From an uncultured Candidatus Rokubacteria bacterium (GTDB lineage Bacteria; Methylomirabilota; Methylomirabilia; Rokubacteriales; DASRDR01): DNA of 64,000 nucleotides. The notes beneath the pieces are model-generated. The model did not search any database. It worked only from the letters and a program-made list of their open reading frames with translations, and had not been told where the DNA came from. Made by a program: the position numbers and the translations under genes. Every line of letters begins with the position of its first letter. Position 1 is the first letter of the stretch. Positions 55,477-64,000 of this stretch are shown here, in pieces. The stretch covers positions 1-64,000 of the forward strand of contig CAWDVE010000017.1 of the NCBI GenBank assembly GCA_963805625.1. Reading direction: 5' to 3'.

Positions 55477-55740
55477 ATGAACAATCTCGTCATGCTTGCG
55501 CTGTGGGTGCTTGTGGGGCTGTTGGCCGGCTGGCTGGCCAGGGTTGTCGTGAAACACGGAGGCTACGGGATGCGGGAGGACCTCTTCCTCGGTCTCGTCG
55601 GGAGCCTCGTGGGAGGCGGGATCGTCTGGACCCTGGGGGCCTCTCCGGAAGCGGGGATGGTGGCGGCGGCGGGTGTCGCGTTCGTCGGGGCGGCCATCGT
55701 GATCGTCCTGCAGCGCAAGATTTGGCCCGCGATCACCTAG
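55477..55740 (+). CDS. GlsB/YeaQ/YmgE-family membrane protein
   Basis: WVLVGLLAGWLA...GGYG..EDLFLGLVGSLVGG. Confidence 0.85.
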   Translation: MNNLVMLALWVLVGLLAGWLARVVVKHGGYGMREDLFLGLVGSLVGGGIVWTLGASPEAGMVAAAGVAFVGAAIVIVLQRKIWPAIT

Positions 55741-55771
55741 GTACTTAACCTACGACAAGGGAGGACGCACC

Positions 55772-56215
55772 ATGAACGTCAGAGAGCTTGACGACCTGCA
55801 AAGCCGCCTCGCGACCTTCGCGCAATTCTTCGGGCGCGCCCCGGTGCGGGCACCCAACGGTAAGGAAGAAGCGCTGACCGTCGCGGAGTGGGCCCCTCTA
55901 GTGGACATCGTCGAAGACGACAAGCAGTACCTCATCAAGGCCGAACTGCCCCAGGTCACGAAGGCCGACGTCAAAGTCACGGTCCAAGATGATGTGCTCA
56001 CGATCACCGGGGAGCGGACCTTCGAGAAGGAAGCGAATGGCAAGAAGTATCACCGCGTGGAGCGGGCGTACGGCCGCTTTGGCCGGAGCTTCACGATGCC
56101 GGAAGACGCGGATGGCAACGGGGTGGTGGCCGAGTACAAAGACGGCGTGCTCGAGGTCCACCTCCCGAAGTCGGAGAAGGCCAAGCCCAAGACCATTGAG
56201 GTGAAGATCGGATAG
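55772..56215 (+). CDS. Small heat-shock protein Hsp20
   Basis: WAPLVDIVE, AELP, LTITGER, ERAYGRFGRSF, YKDGVLEVHLPK. Confidence 0.93.
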   Translation: MNVRELDDLQSRLATFAQFFGRAPVRAPNGKEEALTVAEWAPLVDIVEDDKQYLIKAELPQVTKADVKVTVQDDVLTITGERTFEKEANGKKYHRVERAYGRFGRSFTMPEDADGNGVVAEYKDGVLEVHLPKSEKAKPKTIEVKIG

Positions 56216-56401
56216 TGATCACGGAGGGTGTGCGGGGCGAGCGCTTGGTGCTAGCCCCGATTCGGGCATGATGGATCGGTCTTGGTTCGGGAGCCTCTTC
56301 CCGGGCCAAACCGGTCCAGTGGTCTCGGTGACCGATCCGTGGTATCGACGGACCAGGGACGAGCGTTGCTCGTGCCGCCCACCCTTCACGCTGGAGGCCA
56401 C

Positions 56402-56836
56402 ATGCTCACGCCAGGAGACAAGGCGCCCGACTTCGTGGGCCGCGATCACAACGGCAAGACCGTGCGGCTGTCGGACTTCACCGGGAAGCCCGTCGTCCTG
56501 TGGTTCTTTCCGAAGGCCGACACACCGGGGTGAATGGCGGAGGGTTGCGGGTTCCGCGACCTTAAGTCGGAGTACGACAAGAAGGGAGCCGTCGTCCTCG
56601 GCGTCTCCTTCGATACCCCCGCCGAGAACAAGGCGTTCGCCGACAAGTACCGCTTCAACTTCTCGCTGATTTGCGACACCGATCGGAAGATTGGCACGGC
56701 CTACGGCGCCAACGCCGATCCCGACAAGGGCGCGCAGCGCGTCGGTGTGGTGATCGCCAGGGACGGCACGATCAAAGAGTGGCACGCGAAGGTGGATGCC
56801 CGGAGCTGGCCGGCGCAGGTCGTGCAGACGTTGTAG
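56402..56836 (+). CDS. bcp: Selenocysteine-containing peroxiredoxin (Bcp/PrxQ type), 144 aa
   Basis: GGAGG RBS; FFPKADTPG-TGA(56531-56533)-MAEGCGFRD puts UGA at the peroxidatic Cys; the frame stays open to TAG. Confidence 0.88.
56543..56561 (+). promoter_or_regulatory. Bacterial SECIS hairpin
   Basis: GGTTGCGG-GTT-CCGCGACC starting 10 nt after the UGA, G at the loop start; resembles the E. coli fdhF SECIS. Confidence 0.78.
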
Positions 56837-57017
56837 GTGGGAGCGCCCGGGACCCCCAAAGGGGCCGGTCGCCGGGATGCCCGGGCGGCCCGGAGGGGAG
56901 CCCGGAGATGGAAGGCCAGGCGGCGGATCACGTCGAGGCAGCGTGTTCTGTCTCGTCTCTACTCCTGTTAGTAGCCGAGTGCTGACGATTCGAGTTGAGT
57001 TGCTACAGTGAGGATGT

Positions 57018-57330
57018 ATGAAACGACCGAAACATCAATTCGATCGATGGACTCGCCGTTCTAACCCGAGAGGAATTCTTGGCAGTTGGTGAAAGGTTTG
57101 AGGGACTGGAGCGGAAGGTTGATGACGGAGTGAAGGCCTTGGTCGACATTCTGGATCTCATGCGTGCCGATCTTCGAGATGTCAAGATTGCACTCGGTCC
57201 TTTTGTCCGAACGGTGGCGTCTCTTGAGGACAGCGTACGAGGCCTAGACCGGCGGGTGGTTCGCCTTGAGGAGAAGAAGAGCGAGAGGATAGGATTGGCG
57301 ATTATTATAAGATGCAGCGCGATGGCATGA
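57018..57330 (+). CDS. Small coiled-coil hypothetical protein, start uncertain
   Basis: Heptad-like FEGLERKVDDG...VASLEDSVRGLDRRVVRLEE. Confidence 0.4.
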
Positions 57331-57353
57331 GGCGATGTGTGCACGGTGAATAC

Positions 57354-57383
57354 AAAGAGAGCCCTTGTTTAGGGGCTCTCTTT
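57354..57383. terminator. Bidirectional intrinsic terminator-like hairpin
   Basis: AAAGAGAGCCC...GGGCTCTCTTT. Confidence 0.65.
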
Positions 57384-57384
57384 A

Positions 57385-58762
57385 CGCTCTTCACCGGAAT
57401 GTGTAGACGAGCCGGTGTTCATGCGGCCTTGCGACGACGGGTGACGGTGGCGCGCTGGACCTTGAGCAGCAGGTACTCGTGATCCCGGTAGCCCCGGCCC
57501 CGCCGCAGCATGGCGCGGAGGTTGCCGTTGATCGCCTCGACGATGCCGAAGGGAACCTTCTCGTGGCAGTAGTTCAGGAGGCCCTCGAGGTGGCGGGTGA
57601 GCAGGCGGCCGAGCTTCTGGAACGCCGGCAGCCGCTGCCACCGCAGGGCGCGGAGCCAAGTGCTCAGGAAACGGCGGGCGGCGCCCTCGTAGGTGTACGT
57701 CCAGAGCTGCGCGAGTTGCTCCTTGAGCAGATAGGCCTTGGCCAAGCGACGGTTGAGGGCGAAGAGCTCGCGGAGACTCTGGCGGTCGTCGCGGTCGAGG
57801 TGCGTCCAGCTTCGCAAGAGGAGCCAGCGCTTGCCGCGCACCAGCCCCCGCGCCGCCCGACCCTGCCGGAAGAACTCGGCCCGCCGGGTCTCGTCTACGG
57901 CCTCGCTGGCGTGACGGAGGACGTGAAACTTGTCGTAGACCAGTCGGGCGTGGGGCAGGTGCGTCTGGAGGCTTCGCCGGAAGGGCTCCCACATGTCCAC
58001 GCACACGGCCCGGATGGCCCGGCGGCGGCGGAGCGGCAGGGCCTCGGCGAAGAACCGGTCCAGCGTCTCGCGCTTGCGCTCCCGGCCCACCCAGATCGGC
58101 TCCCCCGACTCCAGGTCACTGACCACGGTGAGGAACTGGACGTCCCGGCCCACAAAGAACTCGTCCACCCCCAGGTAGTGCAGCGGGGTCCGGGGTCGGC
58201 CAGCGGCCCACCGCCGCAGCACGCGCTTGTCCAGCCGACGGACCGTCTCCGGCGGCAGCCCCCAGCGGGCCGCCACGCGGCTCACGGGAGCCTGCTCACA
58301 CTCCTGCGCCACCGCCGCCTCAACCCGGGCCGTGTAGCGCGCCTTGCCAGCCAGCCACGGGATCCGCTCGGTTCGCACCCCACAGCGGCGACAGCGAACG
58401 CGGTGGACGTCGACCACCAGCCACACCTGCCACGTCCCCCACGGCAGGTCCCGCACTCGCCGCTCCCGCCAGCTGTGGACGTCCCGACGCGGGACCCCGC
58501 AGCCCCCGCAGCGGTAGGCCGGCGCGCCCCCAGGCTGCCGCACCCAGAGCGTCAACCTCCCGACCTCGTCGTCGGCCTCCCAGGTGGTCACCTCGTACCC
58601 CGGCAGGCGCAGGATGCGTGCTACGATCTCTTCGGGCATCGGCTCCCTCCCGTCCGTGATGGCCAGTCACGTCAGGAGGTGTACCACTTCCCGAGCCGAT
58701 GCCCTGTCTCATCTCAGCCCCCGCATTCAGTCAGGGGTCCGTACACATTCCGGTGAAGAGCG
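57385..58762 (-). mobile_element. ISL3-family element
   Basis: 21-bp perfect IR CGCTCTTCACCGGAATGTGTA; no exact TSD seen. Confidence 0.88.
57419..58639 (-). CDS. ISL3-family transposase
   Basis: CxxC..VRDLP..CxxC zinc finger, LGVDEF, VCVDMWEPF, YDKFHV, VEAING. Confidence 0.93.
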   Translation of the reverse strand: MPEEIVARILRLPGYEVTTWEADDEVGRLTLWVRQPGGAPAYRCGGCGVPRRDVHSWRERRVRDLPWGTWQVWLVVDVHRVRCRRCGVRTERIPWLAGKARYTARVEAAVAQECEQAPVSRVAARWGLPPETVRRLDKRVLRRWAAGRPRTPLHYLGVDEFFVGRDVQFLTVVSDLESGEPIWVGRERKRETLDRFFAEALPLRRRRAIRAVCVDMWEPFRRSLQTHLPHARLVYDKFHVLRHASEAVDETRRAEFFRQGRAARGLVRGKRWLLLRSWTHLDRDDRQSLRELFALNRRLAKAYLLKEQLAQLWTYTYEGAARRFLSTWLRALRWQRLPAFQKLGRLLTRHLEGLLNYCHEKVPFGIVEAINGNLRAMLRRGRGYRDHEYLLLKVQRATVTRRRKAA

Positions 58763-58820
58763 CTTTTTCTGTTGACTAACGTTCCTGGAGAAAGTGGTTC
58801 AAGGACAAGGGGTATGAGGT

Positions 58821-59129
58821 ATGGCAATCCGGATCGGCGAACGTGTAGAGCTTGTGGTCGAGGGCGCCTGGTTCGAAAAGTTTTCATGGAGCCGACAACT
58901 CTTGGATCCGGAATTGGGCCAGGAACGTGGAGCGCCCGCTTTCGCCATCGCATGCACCGTGGTGAACTTGGGCCATCAGGCGGGCCTAGTGGCGAGAGCC
59001 CATAGTAGCTGGGACGGCGAGGGCAGAAAGCACGAGGGGTTCGAGATTCTCGTCCCGTGGTCGTATGTGGTCGCGATTCTGGAAGTCGGTGCGGAGGGCG
59101 GAGGCGCCGGGCGGATCGGGTTCCTCTAG
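58821..59129 (+). CDS. Hypothetical 102-aa protein
   Basis: GAGG RBS, plausible beta-rich ORF ending RIGFL. Confidence 0.5.
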   Translation: MAIRIGERVELVVEGAWFEKFSWSRQLLDPELGQERGAPAFAIACTVVNLGHQAGLVARAHSSWDGEGRKHEGFEILVPWSYVVAILEVGAEGGGAGRIGFL

Positions 59130-59360
59130 AATGTGAAGGTTCTTGGAAGCAAGTGCTCCAGAAGGACCGGGAAAGTAGCAATGCTTAACCAGCTCACCTT
59201 CGCGAACTCGCTCGCTGAGCTTACCGCGGCGCTCTACGTTCTGTTTGCCATGATCGGCGTTGTGTCGCCAGCCGCATTTTGGCTTTTTCCTCAACGCCCA
59301 ATTCTTCGGTGCTAACGTTGCCTCGCTGAAGCGGGAACGGGCGACCTGAAGGGAGGGGAT

Positions 59361-59622
59361 ATGCCGACCTATCGGACGCGAGGACGTGCAGCGGCTGGTG
59401 ACGGAGGGTGCGCAACTCGTCGAGGTGCTGCCCAGGTGCCAGGTTCTCGAGAGCGATGGCCGCCGACCCCAAGAGCCAGGCACGCGGGAAGGTCCAGAGA
59501 GCGATCGCGAGGAGCATTCATCACCCCCGCGACATGGTTCACCCCCGAGAGTCTACGTGTCCACGGAGTGTCGGTGTATAAGGTGAGGCTGGGGCAAGCC
59601 AGACGGGTTATTGACCGGGACA
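59361..59622. pseudogene. Rhodanese-like N-terminal stub joined to an IS481-like (subgroup B) left-end remnant
   Basis: REDVQRLVTEGAQLVEVLP, then on the opposite strand MLLAIALWTF...AIALENLA; end TTGACCGGGACA at 59622. Confidence 0.55.
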
Positions 59623-59657
59623 GGTGTTTACGCACCGCGGCGGGGGCGTTTTTGCGC

Positions 59658-59891
59658 CTACTTCAGCAACTCCGGGTCTAGGCTGATCAGGTCGTTATGG
59701 GCCATCCCGACGGCCAGCTCGCCGCCCGTCTCTAGAAGCTCGTTGTGTGGGATGGCCCGGGCCGTTCGCTGCCCTTCGACCTCCAGCGCGCGGGCCAGCC
59801 AGTCGGCCAGTCACAGATTGGGCCCCGCGGCGACCGTGTATCACCGCTGACCATCGAGTTCCGCCGACGCCACCTGGACGTAGACAATCAT
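59658..59891 (-). pseudogene. Cassette gene B copy 3 with two in-frame TGA stops
   Basis: Codons for W17 and R27 of the other copies read TGA. Confidence 0.8.
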
Positions 59892-59914
59892 TCCTCGCTA
59901 CCCCTGTCGCATCT

Positions 59915-60328
59915 CTAGGACGCGGCCTCGCCGAGAATCTTGACCCCTACCATCTGGCACCCCAGCTCCAGAGCCACGAGGTAGGCGGCGTAGTCGTCGT
60001 ACATGACAAGCGCGCCGCTCTCGTCTCGGTAGACGTGCCACACCATGGCTCCCGCCAAGACGCGCAGGACGATGGCCGCGCGGCGCGAGGGCTCCTCGCG
60101 GAGCGATGCGCGGACACGATGGAGGGTCTGCGGGTGATGCACCCGGAGCGAGGCCAGCGGGACCGTGGCCCCAACGGCGGACACGGTTCCCTGAATCAGG
60201 CCGACCTCGAGCGCCACCAGACGCTCATCGCGGGGCGAGTTGAGATGGGCCGGCACCTCAAGGTTCTTGACAACAATCCTCCGCGGCGTCCAATGCTGAG
60301 GCGTCTGAGGCCGACGCTTCCGACGCAT
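59915..60328 (-). CDS. Cassette gene A copy 3 (137 aa)
   Basis: Intact ORF, same length as copies 1 and 2. Confidence 0.75.
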   Translation of the reverse strand: MRRKRRPQTPQHWTPRRIVVKNLEVPAHLNSPRDERLVALEVGLIQGTVSAVGATVPLASLRVHHPQTLHRVRASLREEPSRRAAIVLRVLAGAMVWHVYRDESGALVMYDDYAAYLVALELGCQMVGVKILGEAAS

Positions 60329-60703
60329 GCGATCCCTCCTTTCCCATAGCGGTCACTCCCGCCGCGCCGTCACTGGCCCGCTCGCGCGGGGCGTCTTCAC
60401 GGCGTCAGGACGACCGATCGGGCGGCCGGCGATTGGCGCGTCGCGCCTTCACCCGGGCCTCGTCGAGCCGACGTCCCGCGCCCTCGCTCGCGTGGCACAT
60501 CGCCGTGCTCCGGTCGCCTAGCGCCAGAGACCCGCTGCGCACCTACCGAGCTTCTGAGGGCGGCGAGCGCTTCCTGACTTCCGTCGGCCGCATGGTCCTG
60601 CGTACGGCCAGCGCCGTGCCAACCATCATGCGCTCGCTCGGGGGCAACCGTCCCGGAAAGCGCCATCGGCCCCCGAGACTCCACCGGCTGATGTTCAGTC
60701 GCG

Positions 60704-60860
60704 TGTCCCTCGGTGGGTACGCGAAAACTGGCCAATCGTGGACACCTGAAAACCGGCCAGTGAGGTAGCGGCGCCCCAGGACGTTGAGATGACCAACACT
60801 TGGGGCGATGACGAGCAGCGGCAAGTCCTGGCGTCGCGCCGGCTCGGCTGGCATGACCGC
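60704..60860 (+). mobile_element. IS21-family left-end remnant
   Basis: TGTC start, repeated GAAAAC(T/C)GGCCA boxes, decayed IstA start (GDDEQRQVLA..RLGW). Confidence 0.55.
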
Positions 60861-60957
60861 GGCGCCCCGTTGGGCGAGCGCCCCAGCGGCTCCAGGATCG
60901 ACGATCTCGGGTCGATCCATGCCCCGGGGTATCCTCCTAAGTCGGGCGCTTCGACCG

Positions 60958-61389
60958 CTACGACGGCTCGCTGCCGCCAGACTCCTTCATCCAGACGATC
61001 CTTCGGTAGTCGACCTTGCCCGGAAACAAGATGCTCGGCGCAGGCGCTGACTCAATGATCAGCCTATCGCATTCGATCCGGAATCTGCGTCTCTGCTCGG
61101 TGCCATTCCAAGCCTCGTTCCATGCGGCATCAACAGTTGTAACGAACTCGTCGCCTTCGACTCGGTATCTTCCGGTGTACGCGAGCATTGACTTGTGGAG
61201 GGCAGCGCGCTCCGTCTCACTGTCACCTGCAGTGCGATTCTGGGCAGTAGTGAGTGCCATGAGTCGCCCTTCCCGCGTAACGATCAAGTAGCCGTTCGGC
61301 TTTGACCCGAAGAGATCCTGGGGCTGCCCATCGACAACGACCTGCCACGAAATGAGCTTCCAGCTGCCGATAAGCGCATCACTACCCAT
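60958..61389 (-). CDS. Lipocalin-like domain protein (Lipocalin_5)
   Basis: LIGSWKLISW, FG..P.GYL, AYTGRYRVEG, W.GTEQRR. Confidence 0.85.
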   Translation of the reverse strand: MGSDALIGSWKLISWQVVVDGQPQDLFGSKPNGYLIVTREGRLMALTTAQNRTAGDSETERAALHKSMLAYTGRYRVEGDEFVTTVDAAWNEAWNGTEQRRRFRIECDRLIIESAPAPSILFPGKVDYRRIVWMKESGGSEPS

Positions 61390-61468
61390 GACGTCCCTCC
61401 CGGGGCCAGGTCACTCGCGCGAACCCGTCACCTCCAGGGTGCGGAGGCACGCGACGAAGGCCACGGTG

Positions 61469-62116
61469 TCATACCCCTTGTCGGCCTCTTCTACGTGGTT
61501 GCGGTGGCTGACCAGCAGGGACTAGTTTAGCGGGCCGTCCCCTACGGCGCTTCTCTGAAAACCGCCGAACGCGATCGCGAAGGCTGCACTCCGCGCGATC
61601 GAAGCGTTGCCGTCGGAAGGCGAGGAAGAGCCGATGACATTCGGGGCACCGCTTGAGGCGAGCCAAATCCATTCTCGTCAGTAGGTCGCCGACTCGGGCT
61701 AGCGCGCTGGAGACGAAGCGGCGCTGAGGCGAGTCCTCCTCCGAACGGTAGAAGACGCGGAGCCGGCGACCGTCCGGGTCCACTACGAAGTCACAGGTTC
61801 CCCGGAATGGCACCGTGGCGACACGGCGCTGCGGGTCAACGGGGAAGGGGTCGCCCCGGCTCGCATCGATTCGCTCCAGGAATCGGCGTAGGCGACGCTG
61901 CAGCTCGCCGAGAAGGGCCTTGACCATCTCCAGCGGGGCTTTCTGAATCGCCTGTCCCCAAAACCTCCGGAGATACTCCGGCGACTCCTCGTCTGACGCC
62001 GCGATCAGCATCAAGGCGTCCTGCCATGCGTTCAAAAAATCGCCGTCGCGCCATTCCACGAGATCCACCTGCGTGAAGGCGATCGCCCGCGCTAGCCGCC
62101 TCCTCTCGGCGGACAT
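61469..62116 (-). CDS. CGNR zinc-finger-like regulator
   Basis: C-terminal RLKRCPECHRLF....RQRF...ECS.RDRVRRF. Confidence 0.65.
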   Translation of the reverse strand: MSAERRRLARAIAFTQVDLVEWRDGDFLNAWQDALMLIAASDEESPEYLRRFWGQAIQKAPLEMVKALLGELQRRLRRFLERIDASRGDPFPVDPQRRVATVPFRGTCDFVVDPDGRRLRVFYRSEEDSPQRRFVSSALARVGDLLTRMDLARLKRCPECHRLFLAFRRQRFDRAECSLRDRVRRFSEKRRRGRPAKLVPAGQPPQPRRRGRQGV

Positions 62117-62212
62117 CCCCTTCCGGCGGGTCCCAGCGTTCCCGGGCACGTTCTGGTCATAGCCGCCCGTAGCCCGCTTGTCAACCGATGTGATCGCCGT
62201 ATGCGTCCTGAA

Positions 62213-62241
62213 TTGTCATGAACGTACATAAGAGGTATAAT
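62213..62241 (+). promoter_or_regulatory. Near-consensus sigma70 promoter
   Basis: TTGTCA-N17-TATAAT, followed by AGGAGGT RBS. Confidence 0.75.
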
Positions 62242-62277
62242 AGCATCACCAGATCAGAGGGGAGGAGGTGATGAGGG

Positions 62278-62514
62278 ATGCGGCTCATGAAAGTGCCGGA
62301 GGTGGCGGACATCCTAGGGCTCCAGCCCGTAACCATTCGCCGCATGATCCACGACGGCCGGTTGCCGGCAGTGCGCCCGACTGGCGGGCGCGCCGTCAGG
62401 GTTCGGGCTGAGGACGTTGAGCTACTCGTGCGGTTCGGAATGAGCGGTGCAGGCCGAGGGGACATAGCAGCGAAGAGCGGCAGGCGCCCGCTCAGGCGAC
62501 CGCCGGAGCGGTGA
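62278..62514 (+). CDS. Excisionase-like HTH protein
   Basis: LMKVPEVADILGL...TIRRMI.DGRLPAVR. Confidence 0.82.
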   Translation: MRLMKVPEVADILGLQPVTIRRMIHDGRLPAVRPTGGRAVRVRAEDVELLVRFGMSGAGRGDIAAKSGRRPLRRPPER

Positions 62515-62557
62515 AATCAGAGCGCTGCGGCCGATTCGCTGCCTGCCGGGGCGTGGA

Positions 62558-62989
62558 ATGGGGAGAACGGAACGCATGACGATCTCGCCGAGTCGTCGAT
62601 GGGAAGGAAACCCGAGGCGCGTGCCAGAGCTGAGGAACCCTTGGCGCAGGCCGCTGTCCATCGTGCGCCGTCACAGGGGGAACGTCCCGGAGAAGGTACC
62701 GGGCAGGACCCGCCCCCCAATCGTCGCTCCGAGGCCCCAGGAGACGGGCAGGCGGGGGTTTGGGCTCATCCGCGAGGAACGGTCCAGGGGCCGAGCACGA
62801 CGCGTCTGCCTGTCACGAGAGCGCGGGGGGTACTTCGGGGCACAGCCCTACTACGCCGTGACCTATTACAAGTCGAACGGTCGGAAGGTCCAGGTCTCGC
62901 GGTACACGCCGTCCCAGCGGCGTGCCGAGAGACTCTTCGGGCGAATGTGTCGTGACCTGATCGAACCACGGATGCTGGCTAGATCATGA
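62558..62989 (+). CDS. Hypothetical protein
   Basis: ATGA overlap with the next gene; start uncertain. Confidence 0.4.
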   Translation: MGRTERMTISPSRRWEGNPRRVPELRNPWRRPLSIVRRHRGNVPEKVPGRTRPPIVAPRPQETGRRGFGLIREERSRGRARRVCLSRERGGYFGAQPYYAVTYYKSNGRKVQVSRYTPSQRRAERLFGRMCRDLIEPRMLARS

Positions 62990-63525
62990 GGGAAACGAGG
63001 AGCCACGAAATGGATAAGGAGCACGGTGTGCTGGTTGGAATCGTGAATACCGTCGCGGATCGATGCTCGGTCGATTCGATCCCGGTGGTCCTGGCGAGAT
63101 TGACCCGGATACGGCAATGGTTGCAGGCCCGCAGCCCTAGCCTTGGGATGGTTTCGCCGCAGGAGTCATCTCGACCATCGCCGATTATGAGCGCTCTTCG
63201 GGTGGTGGCCGAGCTGATCCGTGATCCCGGACAGGTTGAGGAGATTCGGCATGAGGACATAGCAGCCACGTTGACGGTCATCGCGGCGCTCGAAGCGGCG
63301 TTGGCGGCTCGGCTGATGGTGGACAAACCGAAGGCGGTGGATGCCCCGGAGCGGGAAGATCGGCTACTGACTACCGACGAGGCGGCGGCACTCCTCAGAG
63401 TCACGCCCCAGTGGTTGTATCGGCGGGCGGATCGCCTGCCGTTCGCTCGACGGCTGTCTCGGAAGGCACTGCGGTTCTCAGAGGCCGGAGTGCATAGATG
63501 GATGGCCACCAAACGATCAGCTTGA
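62986..63525 (+). CDS. Protein with C-terminal AlpA/excisionase-like HTH
   Basis: DRLLTTDEAAALLRVTPQWLYR..RLPF.RRLSRKALRFS. Confidence 0.75.
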   Translation: MRETRSHEMDKEHGVLVGIVNTVADRCSVDSIPVVLARLTRIRQWLQARSPSLGMVSPQESSRPSPIMSALRVVAELIRDPGQVEEIRHEDIAATLTVIAALEAALAARLMVDKPKAVDAPEREDRLLTTDEAAALLRVTPQWLYRRADRLPFARRLSRKALRFSEAGVHRWMATKRSA

Positions 63526-63677
63526 GAGCACGGGCCGAAAGGACGGGACGCGGATGATGGTGACGAATGATGGACGGCAGCGCCCGTTGCGGCCGTCGAG
63601 GAGAGACCTGGTATGACGGGACGGATTTGGCGAGGTGCGTGAGCACGGCTCACTCGCCGGAAGAGGAGAATAGCCTG

Positions 63678-64000
63678 ATGATGGAGCGGGGCCGCGGTCG
63701 TGTGTATAGGCCGACCTACCGAGATCGGCGAACCGGGGAACTCAAGGCGTCGGCGGTCTGGTGGATATCGTTGCCGATTCAGGGGGAGAAGGGTCCAGAG
63801 AAACACCGGCAATCCTCGCACTCGACCAAGCGGTCCGACGCGGTGAAGCTGCTAAATGAGAAACTCGGGGACGTTGGTCGAGGGCTGCTGATCGGTCCGA
63901 GCGTCGAGAACACAATGTTTGCAGACTTGGCAGATATGCTGATCGAGAACCTCATGGCGAACGGGCGGCGATCCGTGGACCGCGCCAAGCGATCCGTCGC
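63678..64000 (+). CDS. Tyrosine integrase, N-terminal part (runs off the window)
   Basis: Manual translation RGRGRVYRPTYRD...VWWIS...RQSSHSTKRSDAVKLL...TMFADLADML. Confidence 0.7.
   Translation, partial: MMERGRGRVYRPTYRDRRTGELKASAVWWISLPIQGEKGPEKHRQSSHSTKRSDAVKLLNEKLGDVGRGLLIGPSVENTMFADLADMLIENLMANGRRSVDRAKRSV

Noticed and set aside
56955-56990. CIRCE element (GAGTGCTGA half-site)
   Set aside because: No matching TTAGCACTC arm at 9-nt spacing; none upstream of groES either
59658-59891. Selenocysteine/recoding at the two TGAs in cassette gene B copy 3
   Set aside because: The positions are Trp and Arg in the paralogs, not Cys; simple nonsense mutations are more likely

Overview
A GC-rich accessory region that has been heavily rearranged by mobile elements. 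The gene repertoire suggests an uncultured soil bacterium such as Ca. Rokubacteria/Methylomirabilota, but this is an inference. From 1 to 8 kb there is an nfeD-floA membrane-microdomain operon, a chimeric sensor/TPR gene and an outer-membrane protein. From 8.7 to 42.6 kb lies a patchwork of integration scars (three tRNA-Arg(TCT) 3' halves and one tRNA-Gly(CCC) 3' half) and IS481-like, IS1380, ISAzo13 and IS110 elements. Cargo there includes BrnT/BrnA, a heme peroxidase, DinB, HEPN, a secreted proteasome-beta-like protein, a di-heme cytochrome c with an ECF sigma, a class III cyclase and an M48 peptidase. From 42.7 to 56.9 kb is the best candidate for a new system: a proteostasis/redox stress island headed by a PlmA/YtrA-like GntR regulator. 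Its 20-bp palindromic box (TGTACTA-N3-TASTVATACA) overlaps the -10 element of four promoters, driving the regulator's own operon, a divergent small-gene cluster, groES-groEL-hflK-hflC, and glsB-hsp20 plus a selenocysteine peroxiredoxin (in-frame UGA with an fdhF-like SECIS). Two of these promoters are followed by decayed copies of the gntR 5' end. An unknown two-gene cassette (ParB/Srx-like 137 aa + 77 aa) occurs three times. The window ends in the regulatory/integrase end of an integrative element. Several single-base frameshifts (groEL, hflK and others) may be sequencing errors. All family assignments come from motif recognition by eye; no searches were run.
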